From: Planctomycetota bacterium | GTDB lineage: Bacteria > Planctomycetota > UBA11346 | Length of the DNA stretch: 64,000 nucleotides | Reading direction: 5' to 3' | NCBI GenBank assembly: GCA_038231435.1 | Contig: JBBRLJ010000018.1 | Span: 32,001-96,000, forward strand | Shown here: piece by piece, positions 9,313 to 19,431 of the stretch | Layout of the letters: every line of letters begins with the position of its first letter | How positions within the stretch are numbered: position 1 is the stretch's first letter | Notes under the pieces: generated by a model | Database searches by the model: none | What the model was told of the DNA's origin: nothing | Seen by the model: the letters and a program-made list of their open reading frames with translations, nothing else | Made by a program: the position numbers and the translations under genes

Positions 9313-9494
9313 GGGGCCCCATCGCCCCGCCGATGGGGCGGGCGCCGAGGGACGGTGGGCGGATATCATCGGCGCAGCCGATCCGCCCACGATCTCGCCG
9401 CCCGGCGGCGAGATCGAGTCCCGACAAAGCCCGTGGGGTAGGCCGCAAGGCCGTAGGGGCGAAGCCCCTGATACCAACAGGGGCGAAGCCCCTG
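9313..9494 (-). repeat. Structured REP-like element, copy A (inverted relative to the copies at 28856 and 29103)
   Basis: Reverse complement aligns over ~155 bp with 28856-29013 and 29103-29262; the terminal AGGGGCGAAGCCCCT hairpin is duplicated. Confidence 0.9.
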
Positions 9495-9583
9495 ACACCA
9501 AAGCCCCCTTCCGTGGAAGCTCCGCCGGCTAGGCACCGACCAGGAAGGTGTTCCTGGTATCCTAGTCTCATTGGAGACTTGAC

Positions 9584-9892
9584 ATGGATACGAGTCGAAA
9601 CCCGGATCAAGCCTCGGCGAGCGAAGAGCTGAAACTCGCTGCCAAGCACCTGTACGGCGCCGCCGACAGCACCTTCGAACGCATCGTCGGCAAGGACCTG
9701 CGGTCGCATATACGCAGCGCCGCTCGCCATATCTTCCAGGCGGGCGTGGCCGCGGTGGACGAGTCCGAGCGTCGCCTGCGTGAACGCCGCCGCGCCTTCG
9801 CCCAGAGAGCGCAGGATCGACCCCTCGAGCCGACCGCCGCGTCGGTCCCGGCGAGCGACATCGCCGGTGGCCACGTGCCGGAATGCCTCTGA
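9584..9892 (+). CDS. Small helical hypothetical protein (possibly phasin-like)
   Basis: GGAG RBS; amphipathic helical sequence; overlaps the start of the UbiB-family gene. Confidence 0.55.
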   Translation: MDTSRNPDQASASEELKLAAKHLYGAADSTFERIVGKDLRSHIRSAARHIFQAGVAAVDESERRLRERRRAFAQRAQDRPLEPTAASVPASDIAGGHVPECL

Positions 9893-11484
9893 GCCCAGCG
9901 CTTGCACCGACACCGGTGGCGATCGCCATCGTGCCCGAGCTACGCGCTCCGGCCCCACTCCCCACCTCGCTGGTGCGGCGCGGGGCTGAGGGCGTGTGGC
10001 TCATCGCGCGGCTCGCCATCGGGTATCTCGCGCTGATCGTCTGCGAACGCCTATGGATCCCGACGCGCCGTTGGCGCATCGCCATGGACGCGTGGGGAAG
10101 CAGATGCTTCACCGCGCACGTACGCAAGCACGGCGCCATGCTCATCAAGATCGGGCAGTTCGTCGCGAGCCGCCCCGATCTGTTCCCCCTCGCCTACATC
10201 GAATCGTGCGCGGCCCTGCGCGACCAGGCTCCGGCGCGGCCGTTCAACGTGGTCGCGGCCGTTCTCGATCTCACCTACGAGGGCCGCACCGCCGCGCACT
10301 TCTCGCGCATCGACGAGATCGCCATCGCCGCCGCCAGCTTCGGTCAGGTGCACCGCGCGTGGCTGACCGATGGGAGGATGGTCGCGATCAAGGTCCAGTA
10401 TCCCGGTCTCCAGCGACTGGTCGCCATCGATCTGTTGCTGACGCGCGCGACCATGCGCCTGCTCAGGATCCTGGTGCACGGCTTCCCGTTCCACGACCTG
10501 CTCGCCGAGCTCGAACGCGCGAGCGCCAGCGAACTCGACTACCTGCAGGAAGCGACCTCGGCCGACCGGCTGCGTCCTTGTCTCGAAAAGCACGGCCTGT
10601 CGGCGCCGACGATCGTCTGGGAGCACACGCGCGAGAAGGTCCTGGTGATGGAGTTCGCGCCGGGAGCGACCTTGGCGCGCACCGACCTCGAGGCCCTGGG
10701 CCACGACGAACGGCTGCGCGTCGCCAATGCCATCATCGATTGCTACCTGTCGATGCTGCTCGACGAAGGCTTCTATCACGCCGATCCGCATGCCGGCAAT
10801 TTCGTCTACGACGCCGGACGCATCTGGCTGATCGATTTCGGCATGACCGGCAGCATCACCAAGCGCGAGGCCGAACTCTACCGGCGCTTCATGATCAACG
10901 TCCAGGGCCAGGATACCGACGGCATGATCGATGTGATGATCCAGCTGGGATTCATCCTGCCCGAGGTGCACCGCGATCAGCTGCGCAAGGTCGCGCGCGA
11001 ACTCTACGCGAGCCTGAAGGATTTCGCGCCGCAAGCGCTCAAGGGTTCGCGCAGGCAGTACGAGATCGGCGCGAAGATCAACGAGATGCTGCGCCGATCG
11101 CAGGGCATCGTCTTCCCGCAACACACCATCATGATCTCGAGAGCCACCAGCCTGCTCGAGGGATTGTGCGTCGAGCTGGTTCCCGACACCAGCTTCCTGA
11201 ACCTGGTCCGGCCGCGCCTGCAGAAGATCATCACGCCGTGGTCGCAGGTGCGGCGCATGCTCGACGAAGCCCGCGAGATGTGGCATGCGCTGCGCATCCT
11301 GCCCGATCGCCTGGCGGCCCTGCACATGCCGCACGCAGGATGGATGGCGCATGCGACGGTAGCCGGCTGCGTGCTGCTGGCGTCGACCCAGCTGCAACCC
11401 GGAGTGCTCCGCGACATCGCCATCGTCTGCTCGAGCATCGCCGCGGTCGCGTCGCTGGTGCGGCATCGCCGCAGTGGCTTTTAG
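9883..11484 (+). CDS. UbiB/ABC1/AarF family atypical kinase
   Basis: IKIGQFVASRPDL, AAASFGQVH, VAIKVQYP, ELDYLQEA, HADPHAGN, IDFG; C-terminal TMs. Confidence 0.92.
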   Translation: MPLSPALAPTPVAIAIVPELRAPAPLPTSLVRRGAEGVWLIARLAIGYLALIVCERLWIPTRRWRIAMDAWGSRCFTAHVRKHGAMLIKIGQFVASRPDLFPLAYIESCAALRDQAPARPFNVVAAVLDLTYEGRTAAHFSRIDEIAIAAASFGQVHRAWLTDGRMVAIKVQYPGLQRLVAIDLLLTRATMRLLRILVHGFPFHDLLAELERASASELDYLQEATSADRLRPCLEKHGLSAPTIVWEHTREKVLVMEFAPGATLARTDLEALGHDERLRVANAIIDCYLSMLLDEGFYHADPHAGNFVYDAGRIWLIDFGMTGSITKREAELYRRFMINVQGQDTDGMIDVMIQLGFILPEVHRDQLRKVARELYASLKDFAPQALKGSRRQYEIGAKINEMLRRSQGIVFPQHTIMISRATSLLEGLCVELVPDTSFLNLVRPRLQKIITPWSQVRRMLDEAREMWHALRILPDRLAALHMPHAGWMAHATVAGCVLLASTQLQPGVLRDIAIVCSSIAAVASLVRHRRSGF

Positions 11485-11507
11485 TTGGGGGGCTACGGCC
11501 CCCCAAC
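11484..11507 (+). terminator. 10-bp hairpin with cUACGg tetraloop directly after the stop codon
   Basis: GTTGGGGGGC-TACG-GCCCCCCAAC between convergent genes. Confidence 0.5.
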
Positions 11508-11577
11508 ATCGGCCTCCGGCCTGCCCCCCAAAAGGCAGAGATCAGGCGGGTCTAGAGACGGGAGCTTCCTCGGATCC

Positions 11578-12291
11578 CTAGCGGAAGACGCGGTCGTCGG
11601 CGGAGGGCGGCGGGGGAGGACCCATCTCGGGGGCGGAGTCGGGCTTCTCGATCTTTTCGGGTTCGACGAGCGCGGCTGCGGCGTCGACCAGGAAATGTCC
11701 GGCGTGGGCGGCGCGCAGGCGTTCGAGGCTCGCCTTGGCTTCCTCGACCCTAGACAGATGCATCAGCGCCATGACCTCGTAGTAGCCGTAGCGCGCGGAT
11801 TGCGGCTTGGCCACCGAGACCACGTCGAACAGCCCCTGCCAGTCGCTGCCGTCGACCAGCTGCGCGAGCTTCGCGTCGCTGGTCGCGATGGCGCCCTGGT
11901 CGTCGGGAAGGAAGGGCCCAATGATGCCGAGCACGCCCTTCACGGTGCCGTCGACCGGATCGCCCTTCTTGCCGGCGATCGAGACGTGGTGGTCGGTGCG
12001 GCCGTGCACCCACACCGTCGATTCGAGCACGCCGTCCCCACCAGACTTGCGCTCTTCGATGCGCACCACGATCAGGTCAGATGACTTGCGCGTCAGCTGC
12101 GCGCCGATGTCCGGGGAATTCACCAGGTCGATGTCCTTCACGCCGCGCGCGTCGAGCTCCTTGGCGGCGTCGGCGCCGAGCACGACATGGACATGCTTGC
12201 CGCCGGCCTCGGCGAGGGTCTGGGCGATGCGCTCGGCCGCGGCCTTGTCCGGCCCGCTGAAGAGCACGAGGATCATCATCATTTCGACCAT
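11578..12291 (-). CDS. Hypothetical exported protein with a C-terminal TPR-like helix pair
   Basis: Hydrophobic N-terminus, GC3-biased coding pattern, YYEVMALMHLSRVEEAKASL. Confidence 0.7.
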   Translation of the reverse strand: MVEMMMILVLFSGPDKAAAERIAQTLAEAGGKHVHVVLGADAAKELDARGVKDIDLVNSPDIGAQLTRKSSDLIVVRIEERKSGGDGVLESTVWVHGRTDHHVSIAGKKGDPVDGTVKGVLGIIGPFLPDDQGAIATSDAKLAQLVDGSDWQGLFDVVSVAKPQSARYGYYEVMALMHLSRVEEAKASLERLRAAHAGHFLVDAAAALVEPEKIEKPDSAPEMGPPPPPSADDRVFR

Positions 12292-12379
12292 GCGCGGAGC
12301 ATAGCCGGTGCTGGTTTGCCCGGAAGCGCCGGCTTGCCGGACGCCGGGACATTTTCACCCTGCTTGCTAGTCTCCGCCC

Positions 12380-13174
12380 ATGCGCGTAGCGCGGCTCGCC
12401 TGGCTGATGTTCGTGACGGTGCTCAAGCGCCGCCTCGCCTACCGCGGGGACCTGCTGCTGCAGGGACTCGACGAGATCATGCGCGGTCTGGTCAATTTCA
12501 CGATGCTCCAGGTCTACCTGTCGAAATGCTCGGAGGTCGGTAGCTGGACCAAGCCGCAGCTGACCTTCATCCTGGGATTCAGCATGATCCCGACGGCGCT
12601 GTTCCACTGCGTGTGCGGCAACCTCTATTCGCTGTCGAGCACCTACATCATCCAGGGCAACCTCGATCGCGTGCTGCTGCGGCCGTACCCGGCCTTCCTG
12701 CAGATCTGCTTCGACCGCCTGGCGATCGAGGATCTCTCGGGCGTGGTGCTCGGCATCGCGGTGATGGCGTTGGCATTGCCGTACCTGCCGGATTTCCGCT
12801 ACGATCCGCTGCACCTCGCGCTGCTGGTCGCGCTGATGGCCTCGGCGTTCGTGCTGGTGGTGGCGGTGTTCATGGCCTTCGCCGCCACCGGCTTCTGGTT
12901 CGAGGATCGCGTCGGCATGGTTCCGCCGGTCTACAACCTGATGGAGCTCGGACGCTGGCCGAACCGCATCTACCACCCCGCGCTCCAGGCGCTGGTCAGC
13001 TTCGTGATCCCGTTCTCGTTCGTCGCCTTCTACCCGGCCGGGGTCTTCACGGGAAACAAGGAGGCGAGCTGGAATGCCGCCCTGGCGACCCCAGTGGTAG
13101 CGACACTGGCACTCGCGCTCGCGCTCTGCATGTGGCGAGCCGGCATCCGCCGCTACAATTCGACAGGCACCTAG
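12380..13174 (+). CDS. ABC-2 type permease (DUF990-like)
   Basis: LAYRGD, IIQGNLDRVLLRP, IPFSFVAFYPA, GIRRYNSTG; about 6 TMs. Confidence 0.88.
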   Translation: MRVARLAWLMFVTVLKRRLAYRGDLLLQGLDEIMRGLVNFTMLQVYLSKCSEVGSWTKPQLTFILGFSMIPTALFHCVCGNLYSLSSTYIIQGNLDRVLLRPYPAFLQICFDRLAIEDLSGVVLGIAVMALALPYLPDFRYDPLHLALLVALMASAFVLVVAVFMAFAATGFWFEDRVGMVPPVYNLMELGRWPNRIYHPALQALVSFVIPFSFVAFYPAGVFTGNKEASWNAALATPVVATLALALALCMWRAGIRRYNSTGT

Positions 13175-13287
13175 GGGTGTCGGCGTAACATTTGGCAGGG
13201 CAAGGGCATCGGTTTCCCGATGAACCGCCTGCCGGGTGCTTCGTTGATCTCTTCGTTCGTTGTCTCGGCGCAGCCGCAGGAGCACTC

Positions 13288-14829
13288 ATGGCCCGTCCCG
13301 CCCCCTCGTCCACTCCCTCGCGCCGCCGTTCCGGCGGAGGTGGCGGCTGGCTCTTCCTGTTCGTGGTGGTTGCCGCCGCGGCCGCGGTGTTCTTCTTCGC
13401 CGGCGACAAGGTGCGCGACGTCCTCGGCATCGCGCGCAAGCCCGCCAGCGAAGGCAACGAGCCCACCGCCCCGGCCTCGGTCGAGGGCAAGGTCGTCGAG
13501 CGCCTTCCGCACGAGGCGATGGGCACCAGCGCGGTCGCCACCAAGGCCCCCGAGCAGGCCAAGCCGGTCGAGGTCAAGCCGGTGGTCGACAAGCCGACGA
13601 TCGTGGCGTTCAAGGACCAGGCCAAGGCCGAAGGGCTGGTCGCCGAGGCCGAGAAATATTACAAGACCTTCAAGTGGCAGCAGGCCAAGAGCGCCGCCGA
13701 CCGCACCATCGGGCTGAGCGCCAAGCCGGGCACCCTCGCGCGCGCACGCGACATCTCGAGCGGCTCGAGCGAAATCGAGAACCTGTTCAAGAACCTCGAC
13801 GACAAGGATGAGCTGACCCGCAACTACGACACCTCGCCCAGCCTGGTGCAGATCGACTCTGCGACCGGCCCGATGCTGGTGGTCCCGGTGAGCGGAGACA
13901 ACAGCAAGGATCCGATCATCGTCGATCAGGATCCGGTCAACTACATCAAGACCATGAGCCGCGCCGGCAAGGTCAAGGCGCTGGTGAAGGGCAAGAAGGA
14001 CTTCATCTACGGCGAACTGCCCGACACCCTGACCGAGGTCACCCTCGTCGATCAGACCAAAGTGAAGCAGGAGAAGCAGGCTGATTTCACCCAGAAGCTC
14101 GCCGCGCTGCGCAACAGCTCGGCGGCGCGCGACGCGCTGGCGTGGTACGACGCCGCGAAGTTCGCCTACCGCAACCGCCTCGACGACCAGGTCACCGAGA
14201 TGCTCGACCAAGCGCTCGAGTTCGATCCGGAGCTGGTGAAGAGCGTGCGCGAGGACAAGGCCGCGCGGCTGTACGCCTCGATGATCTTCCACCTGAAGAA
14301 CAACAACAAGAAGCAGGCCGACACCTACATGGGGATGATCCATCGCAAGTACGCCGACACCGACCAGGGCAAGCAGGCGCAGCTGTATTACGACGGCAAG
14401 ACCCAAGAGCTGGTGGCGATGGCGATGGACGAGGACCGCAAGCGCAAAGAGGACGCCGACAAGCGCCGTCTCGCGCGCCTCGACAAGGCCAAGCAGGCCG
14501 GCGACAACACCAAGGTCGCTGCCATCGAGAAGGAATCGACCGAGGTGGAAGTGGTCGCCGACAACGACATTCCGGCGAATCCTGACGAATCTGCCGCGGA
14601 GAAGGCCTACCAGGAAGGCTATAAGGCGTACTCGAAAGCCGTCGACATGCCCGCCACCTCTGAACGCAATGTGGTGTACCGCCAAGCCGCCAAATCGTTC
14701 GGCGCCGCTGTGGCGATGTACAAGAAGCTCATCGAGAAGAATCCTGCCAACATGGAGAGCCTTCAGAACAAGATGGTCGAGGCGAACAAGCTCAAGTTCG
14801 GCGCGGACAAATACGTGACGGCTTTCTGA
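13288..14829 (+). CDS. Membrane-anchored helical/TPR-like hypothetical protein, paralog 1
   Basis: AGGAG RBS; single N-terminal TM; strong codon bias; shares motifs with 14989-16428. Confidence 0.85.
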   Translation: MARPAPSSTPSRRRSGGGGGWLFLFVVVAAAAAVFFFAGDKVRDVLGIARKPASEGNEPTAPASVEGKVVERLPHEAMGTSAVATKAPEQAKPVEVKPVVDKPTIVAFKDQAKAEGLVAEAEKYYKTFKWQQAKSAADRTIGLSAKPGTLARARDISSGSSEIENLFKNLDDKDELTRNYDTSPSLVQIDSATGPMLVVPVSGDNSKDPIIVDQDPVNYIKTMSRAGKVKALVKGKKDFIYGELPDTLTEVTLVDQTKVKQEKQADFTQKLAALRNSSAARDALAWYDAAKFAYRNRLDDQVTEMLDQALEFDPELVKSVREDKAARLYASMIFHLKNNNKKQADTYMGMIHRKYADTDQGKQAQLYYDGKTQELVAMAMDEDRKRKEDADKRRLARLDKAKQAGDNTKVAAIEKESTEVEVVADNDIPANPDESAAEKAYQEGYKAYSKAVDMPATSERNVVYRQAAKSFGAAVAMYKKLIEKNPANMESLQNKMVEANKLKFGADKYVTAF

Positions 14830-14988
14830 CGGGCTTTTAGTCGGGGTGCCTGTGGCCCCCGACGTCGGCCGGCCTTGCCCCCAGGAAGAAATTGCGTGGG
14901 CTTCGTTGCGGTCTGGTTGTTTGGTCGCTGATAGACCGCGGCACGAGGTAGTCGCGAGCGCGACGAGCGCGCGAATGGCGGTCCTACG

Positions 14989-16428
14989 ATGGAGACGAGC
15001 GGTATGAACCAACCACCGGCGGCGAAACGGCGGGGCACGGGGTGGCTCGTGCTCGGGATCGTGATGGTTGGGGTTGGGGTGATCGCGGTGGTGTCGAGCG
15101 GGCGGATGCGGGCGGCGATCGGGATCAGCGCGATGCCGGGGGATGCGGGGCGGGAGCCGGTCGGGGATGCGGCGCACGGCGATGCGGCGGTGGCGGCGCG
15201 TGGGCATGAGGTGGTGATGCCACCGTCGGCGGTGGTGCTCGCGCCCGCCACTTCGCCAGCGCGACCGGCGGAAATCCCGACGGGATCGCCGGCGATATCC
15301 GCGAAACGATCTGGAACGGATGAGAAGACCGATGAGAAGGAGGCCGGGCAGGTCCTGGAATCCGCCCAGAGGTCGCTCGCAACGTTGACGTGGTCGGAGG
15401 CCGGCGTGCTGGCGGGGCGCGCCGCGGCGCTCGCGGGCGACCCTGGGACCAAAGAACGGGCAATGGGCGTAATGGCGCTCGCACACCAGGCCGAGCTGGC
15501 GTTCGCGCGACTCAAAGAGCGCGATGAGCTCTCGCGCAATTGGGATACGCATCCGAGCCTGGTGCGCATCGGCGATGGAACCTCGGGGATGCTCGCCATT
15601 CCGCTGGCCGAGATCCAGCCATCCGGGCCCGAGCCGGCCGTCGCGCCCGGCGATCCGGTCGCGTTCATCGAAACCGCTCGCAAGCTCGGCCCGGTGCATG
15701 CCTTGGTCAAGGGCCGCAATGAGTACATCGTCACGGTGCTGCCTGACAGCATCGGCGATATCTCGCGCGTCGATGTCGCGGCGGCGATCGCACAGCGGCG
15801 CGCCGAACTCACCGCCAAGCTCGCCGACATCGGCGGGGGCGCGCAAGCCGGGGAAGCGCTGGCGTGGTACGCTGCGGCGCGTTTCGCGTTCCGCAATCGG
15901 GTCGACGATCTGGTCAGCGGGCCGCTTGCCAAGGCCTTCGCCTTGGATCGGAACCTGGTCGAGAGCGTACGCGATGACAAGTCGGCGCGGCTGTTCGCGG
16001 CCTTGGTGTTCCACGTCACCAATGGCAATCGTACCCAGGCGGCGGCATTCTACGGGCGGATCATTCCGGCTTATGCCGACACCGAGCATGGCAAGCAGGC
16101 CGAAGCGTACTGGAAGCGGCGCTCCCAGACGCCCGATACGCCCGCGGCTCCGACGCCCGCGGCCGGGCCGAAGGCCGCCGACGCGGGGCAAGGTCCCGAC
16201 GCCGAATTCGCGGCGGGGAGAGACGCCTACGCGAAGGCGCAGCAACTGCCGCTCACGGACGAACGCAACGCGCTCTATCGTGCGGCGATCGCGCATTTCG
16301 ACGTGGCGCTTGCCGGTTACAAAGCGATGCAGGCCAAGACGCCGACTGATGCCCAGCTCCAGGATCGCGTGACCGATACCCAGATGCTGCGCTTCGCGGC
16401 GATGAAGTATCTCACTGATTTCGAGTGA
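14989..16428 (+). CDS. Membrane-anchored helical/TPR-like hypothetical protein, paralog 2
   Basis: DELSRNWDTHPSLVRI vs DELTRNYDTSPSLVQI; ALAWYAAARFAFRNRVDD vs ALAWYDAAKFAYRNRLDD. Confidence 0.85.
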   Translation: METSGMNQPPAAKRRGTGWLVLGIVMVGVGVIAVVSSGRMRAAIGISAMPGDAGREPVGDAAHGDAAVAARGHEVVMPPSAVVLAPATSPARPAEIPTGSPAISAKRSGTDEKTDEKEAGQVLESAQRSLATLTWSEAGVLAGRAAALAGDPGTKERAMGVMALAHQAELAFARLKERDELSRNWDTHPSLVRIGDGTSGMLAIPLAEIQPSGPEPAVAPGDPVAFIETARKLGPVHALVKGRNEYIVTVLPDSIGDISRVDVAAAIAQRRAELTAKLADIGGGAQAGEALAWYAAARFAFRNRVDDLVSGPLAKAFALDRNLVESVRDDKSARLFAALVFHVTNGNRTQAAAFYGRIIPAYADTEHGKQAEAYWKRRSQTPDTPAAPTPAAGPKAADAGQGPDAEFAAGRDAYAKAQQLPLTDERNALYRAAIAHFDVALAGYKAMQAKTPTDAQLQDRVTDTQMLRFAAMKYLTDFE

Positions 16429-16841
16429 CCAGTACAGGAGGCCGACCAGGACTCCTGTTCCGACTCTTGGCTCGGCACGATGCTGGCATGCTCACGCTTC
16501 ACGTCCTAGCTGATCATGATCGGCGACTCCATCGCCTACGCTGAACGCGACCGGGAAGAAATGTGTTTGGCTTGGTCGTGTCGTATGGCGTCGCAGCTGA
16601 GCGATTGTCACACGCTGTGGTCGCGGGTTGCACGACGGATACCGTTGGGCGCGGCACGGACCGTGCCCCCCATCGATCAGGAACTCCTCAGCCGGTATGC
16701 GAATGCAGGGAAGCGGTCCGCACGCAGGAATCTTCCAGAGATCATCGGGATTTCAGCGCAATGAGCTGAGTCATTCACGTATTCAAGCTTGTCTTAGGCT
16801 CAAAGGTAGTTCGGGTACAAGAATCCCCAGGTGGGGCATAC

Positions 16842-19139
16842 ATGGCTACCGACGGAGGGCACGTGGCGGACGAGAAACCAACAGAGGCGGGCGAGGTGCG
16901 GCTGGAGCCATTGCGGCGATACCTCGCCCGCTGGTGCCGCGCAAACCGTGGCGTGTGCTGGATTATCGCCGCCGCACTCACCGTGCTCGCTGGGCTCATC
17001 CTGAAGTTGAGCTTCTACCCCGGTGAGCAGGCGAAGGGCTCAGCCAATTGGAATCTGCTTTACGAGGAGCACTTTGATGGACCACTCGACGATCGCTGGG
17101 TGGGAAGCACATCGAGTTGGGACAGTTCCAATGCAAAGCCGGATCTCGTCCGCGCCGACGATCCCAACTATTTCTCGCGCGTACGCGGGGCGATCACCTC
17201 CAGAGCACGGGTCGATGGATACCTCGATCTCGTCTACCAGCGGCATCTGATTGGGGATTTCCGCGTGGAATGGGAATATACGCCTCTTGCTCACACCACC
17301 AACCTCAACTGTTTCATCGACGGAGACAGCCGCAACAGCGGCTACACCATTCACGTCGGCGGTTTCGGCGACCCGCGACGCTGTGTGCTCACCAAAGGGC
17401 ACGACTACGAGAAGCTCGATGACAACGACGAACTCGGCGTGCTCACGGTCGGCCGCCGTTACCACTTCCTCATGCAGAAGGAAGGCCACACCATCAGCTT
17501 TGCCGTCGACGGACTGCACATTTTCGACTATGTCGACGCCGATATTCTAGATCTCCCCAACATCGGCTCGTTCGGTTTCGATTCGGTCGGTGAATCGCCC
17601 GTCCGCATCGAAGACGTGCGCATCTACCGCAAGCCGCTCGACCAGAAGATGTCGCCCATCGACTTTGGCGACAAACTGGTGCAGATGGGCCAGTACGACA
17701 ACGCCTTCGTCCAATTCTCGGAGATTTTCGAATCCTTCGGTGGAACGGAGCTCGCGCCCGAAGCGCTCTATCGCATGGCGCTGTGCTCACTGCGCATGAA
17801 GAACCAGAGGGCTCGAGGCCTCGCCCTTCTCGACCGCTTCCAACGCGAATTTCCTGAGCATCCGCTCCTGGTCTACTGCCTATATGACCGCTTCGCCTTG
17901 GCGCGCGCCGGGGGCGATACAGCGACGGTGGATCGGCTGTTAGGCGAGTTCAAGAAGTACCGCGGTCATCCGATCCTGAAGAAGGCGCTACTGGATCTCG
18001 CCAACCAGGAGGCGCAATCATTTCAAGAATTCCCCACGCTGCAGCTCGAAGACGAGGTCTATCCACCCGACGAGATCGCGCGCGTCATGGCCTCTTTCCA
18101 CAAGCTCAAGGACTGGTCGGTGGACTTCGGCATTCCGTTGATGCGCACGAAATTACAGGAACAGTTCCCTCCCATATTGAACTGGTTCGGTCGCGCCGAC
18201 CTCGCTGAAGAACTCTGTACCAAGGATTCCAGCGCCCTCGCGGGCGCCTTGTTCGAACAGGGAAAGTTCGAAGAATTGCTGCAGCGCTTCCCTTGGATGG
18301 TCGAATCTCGTGGCATGGCCCTGATCTATACCGGTCACGCCAAGCAGGTGGTGAACTCGCGAGAGTACTCCGAAGGCACGCGCTGGTTCGCGGCCTGCGT
18401 CCTCGGCCAGGCAGAGGAGTTGCTGCCGACATTCAGTGTGCGCCAGCGCATCGATGTGCTGTGGCGTCTCGGGCGCTCGGCCGAGGCGCTACCGTTCGCG
18501 GAGTCGTTTCCCAGACTGATGGTCGGACTCCTGCTCGATCTCAAGCGCGGCGACGAGGCCCTTACCTACCTGGACACCGAGTGGGTGAGACTCCAGATCA
18601 TGTATGATCAAGGTAAGTACGACGAGCTCCTCTCGACTAAAAATAATCGCCCCTTGGCCTATCGCTCTGCCTTCGCCGTGATCAGACAAGGCGAACCGGA
18701 ATGGGGACGAGCATTGCTCGAGCGCCTGCGTGGCCCGAGCGTATCCTATGGCGACGAGGAAGCGATATTCGGACGCTTCTACCTGCCGATGTTGCTCGAC
18801 AATGCCAATGGCGCCACGGTCGATAGGCGCGCCTGTCTGAAAGACCTGCTCGAACACGCACGCTACTCTGGCATGCAGCTGCCCTGGTATCGCGCTGCCC
18901 TGATCACTGGCCAGATCGACGAGGCCGCTTTCGCCAAGCAGCCCATCAAGATCTACGCGGAATGCCGACTGCTGATCGCGCGCGGCATCCGTCACGAACT
19001 CGACCACGAGTGGGCGCAGGCCGCTCACGACTACCGCGAGTGTCTGGCGCTCCCGTGGTATCGCTCCAATATTGGATCACTGACGAAGGATTACCTGACG
19101 TGGCGCAGTGAACGGCTCGAGAAAGATGCTGCGCGCTAG
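16842..19139 (+). CDS. Single-TM protein with a ConA/LamG-like beta-sandwich followed by TPRs
   Basis: TM GVCWIIAAALTVLAGLIL; YEEHFDG...GDFRVEWEY...VRIEDVRIY; TPR-like APEALYRMALCSL. Confidence 0.8.
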   Translation: MATDGGHVADEKPTEAGEVRLEPLRRYLARWCRANRGVCWIIAAALTVLAGLILKLSFYPGEQAKGSANWNLLYEEHFDGPLDDRWVGSTSSWDSSNAKPDLVRADDPNYFSRVRGAITSRARVDGYLDLVYQRHLIGDFRVEWEYTPLAHTTNLNCFIDGDSRNSGYTIHVGGFGDPRRCVLTKGHDYEKLDDNDELGVLTVGRRYHFLMQKEGHTISFAVDGLHIFDYVDADILDLPNIGSFGFDSVGESPVRIEDVRIYRKPLDQKMSPIDFGDKLVQMGQYDNAFVQFSEIFESFGGTELAPEALYRMALCSLRMKNQRARGLALLDRFQREFPEHPLLVYCLYDRFALARAGGDTATVDRLLGEFKKYRGHPILKKALLDLANQEAQSFQEFPTLQLEDEVYPPDEIARVMASFHKLKDWSVDFGIPLMRTKLQEQFPPILNWFGRADLAEELCTKDSSALAGALFEQGKFEELLQRFPWMVESRGMALIYTGHAKQVVNSREYSEGTRWFAACVLGQAEELLPTFSVRQRIDVLWRLGRSAEALPFAESFPRLMVGLLLDLKRGDEALTYLDTEWVRLQIMYDQGKYDELLSTKNNRPLAYRSAFAVIRQGEPEWGRALLERLRGPSVSYGDEEAIFGRFYLPMLLDNANGATVDRRACLKDLLEHARYSGMQLPWYRAALITGQIDEAAFAKQPIKIYAECRLLIARGIRHELDHEWAQAAHDYRECLALPWYRSNIGSLTKDYLTWRSERLEKDAAR

Positions 19140-19431
19140 CCTGGCGCATGTGCGGTCCCATTACAGATTGACGGTGCGTGGAATCGCATCGCCGAGCGCG
19201 CTTCGAACTGCGCATACGTGTGACACACGATGGGACTTGGCTTTGAAGCCTTAACCTAAATGGCGATTTCTGCCGCACGTGTCTTCACGTAGAGTTCCGT
19301 ACCCCGAGCGCAGCGTGCGCCCTTCCCCAGGTGAAGCTCCCTCCTCGAGTATTGTCCGGTCGCATCGACTTGGGAACGTCTGCTCAAGTAGCGCAAATAT
19401 CCTGTTCATCCGTAACCCGTCCGTACTAGGC

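Noticed and set aside
8791..9632. ORFs crossing the repeat elements (8791-9501, 9333-9632, 28828-29430 set)
   Set aside because: They are translations of palindromic repeat DNA, with no RBS or coding bias.
12380..13174. Orphan ABC-2 permease as a novel system
   Set aside because: Its partners are most likely encoded elsewhere; nothing else is unusual.
13171..16296. 1041-aa minus-strand ORF (also 29486-31909 +, 31941-34355 -, 42809-44614 +, 58796-60595 + and similar)
   Set aside because: Antisense or alternative-frame shadows of real genes. They are Arg/Gly-rich with no motifs, as expected in high-GC DNA.
16473..16488. Possible sigma54 promoter CGGCACGATGCTGGCA
   Set aside because: GG-N10-GC spacing fits, but there are two consensus mismatches, it lies about 350 bp from the next gene, and chance matches are likely in GC-rich DNA.
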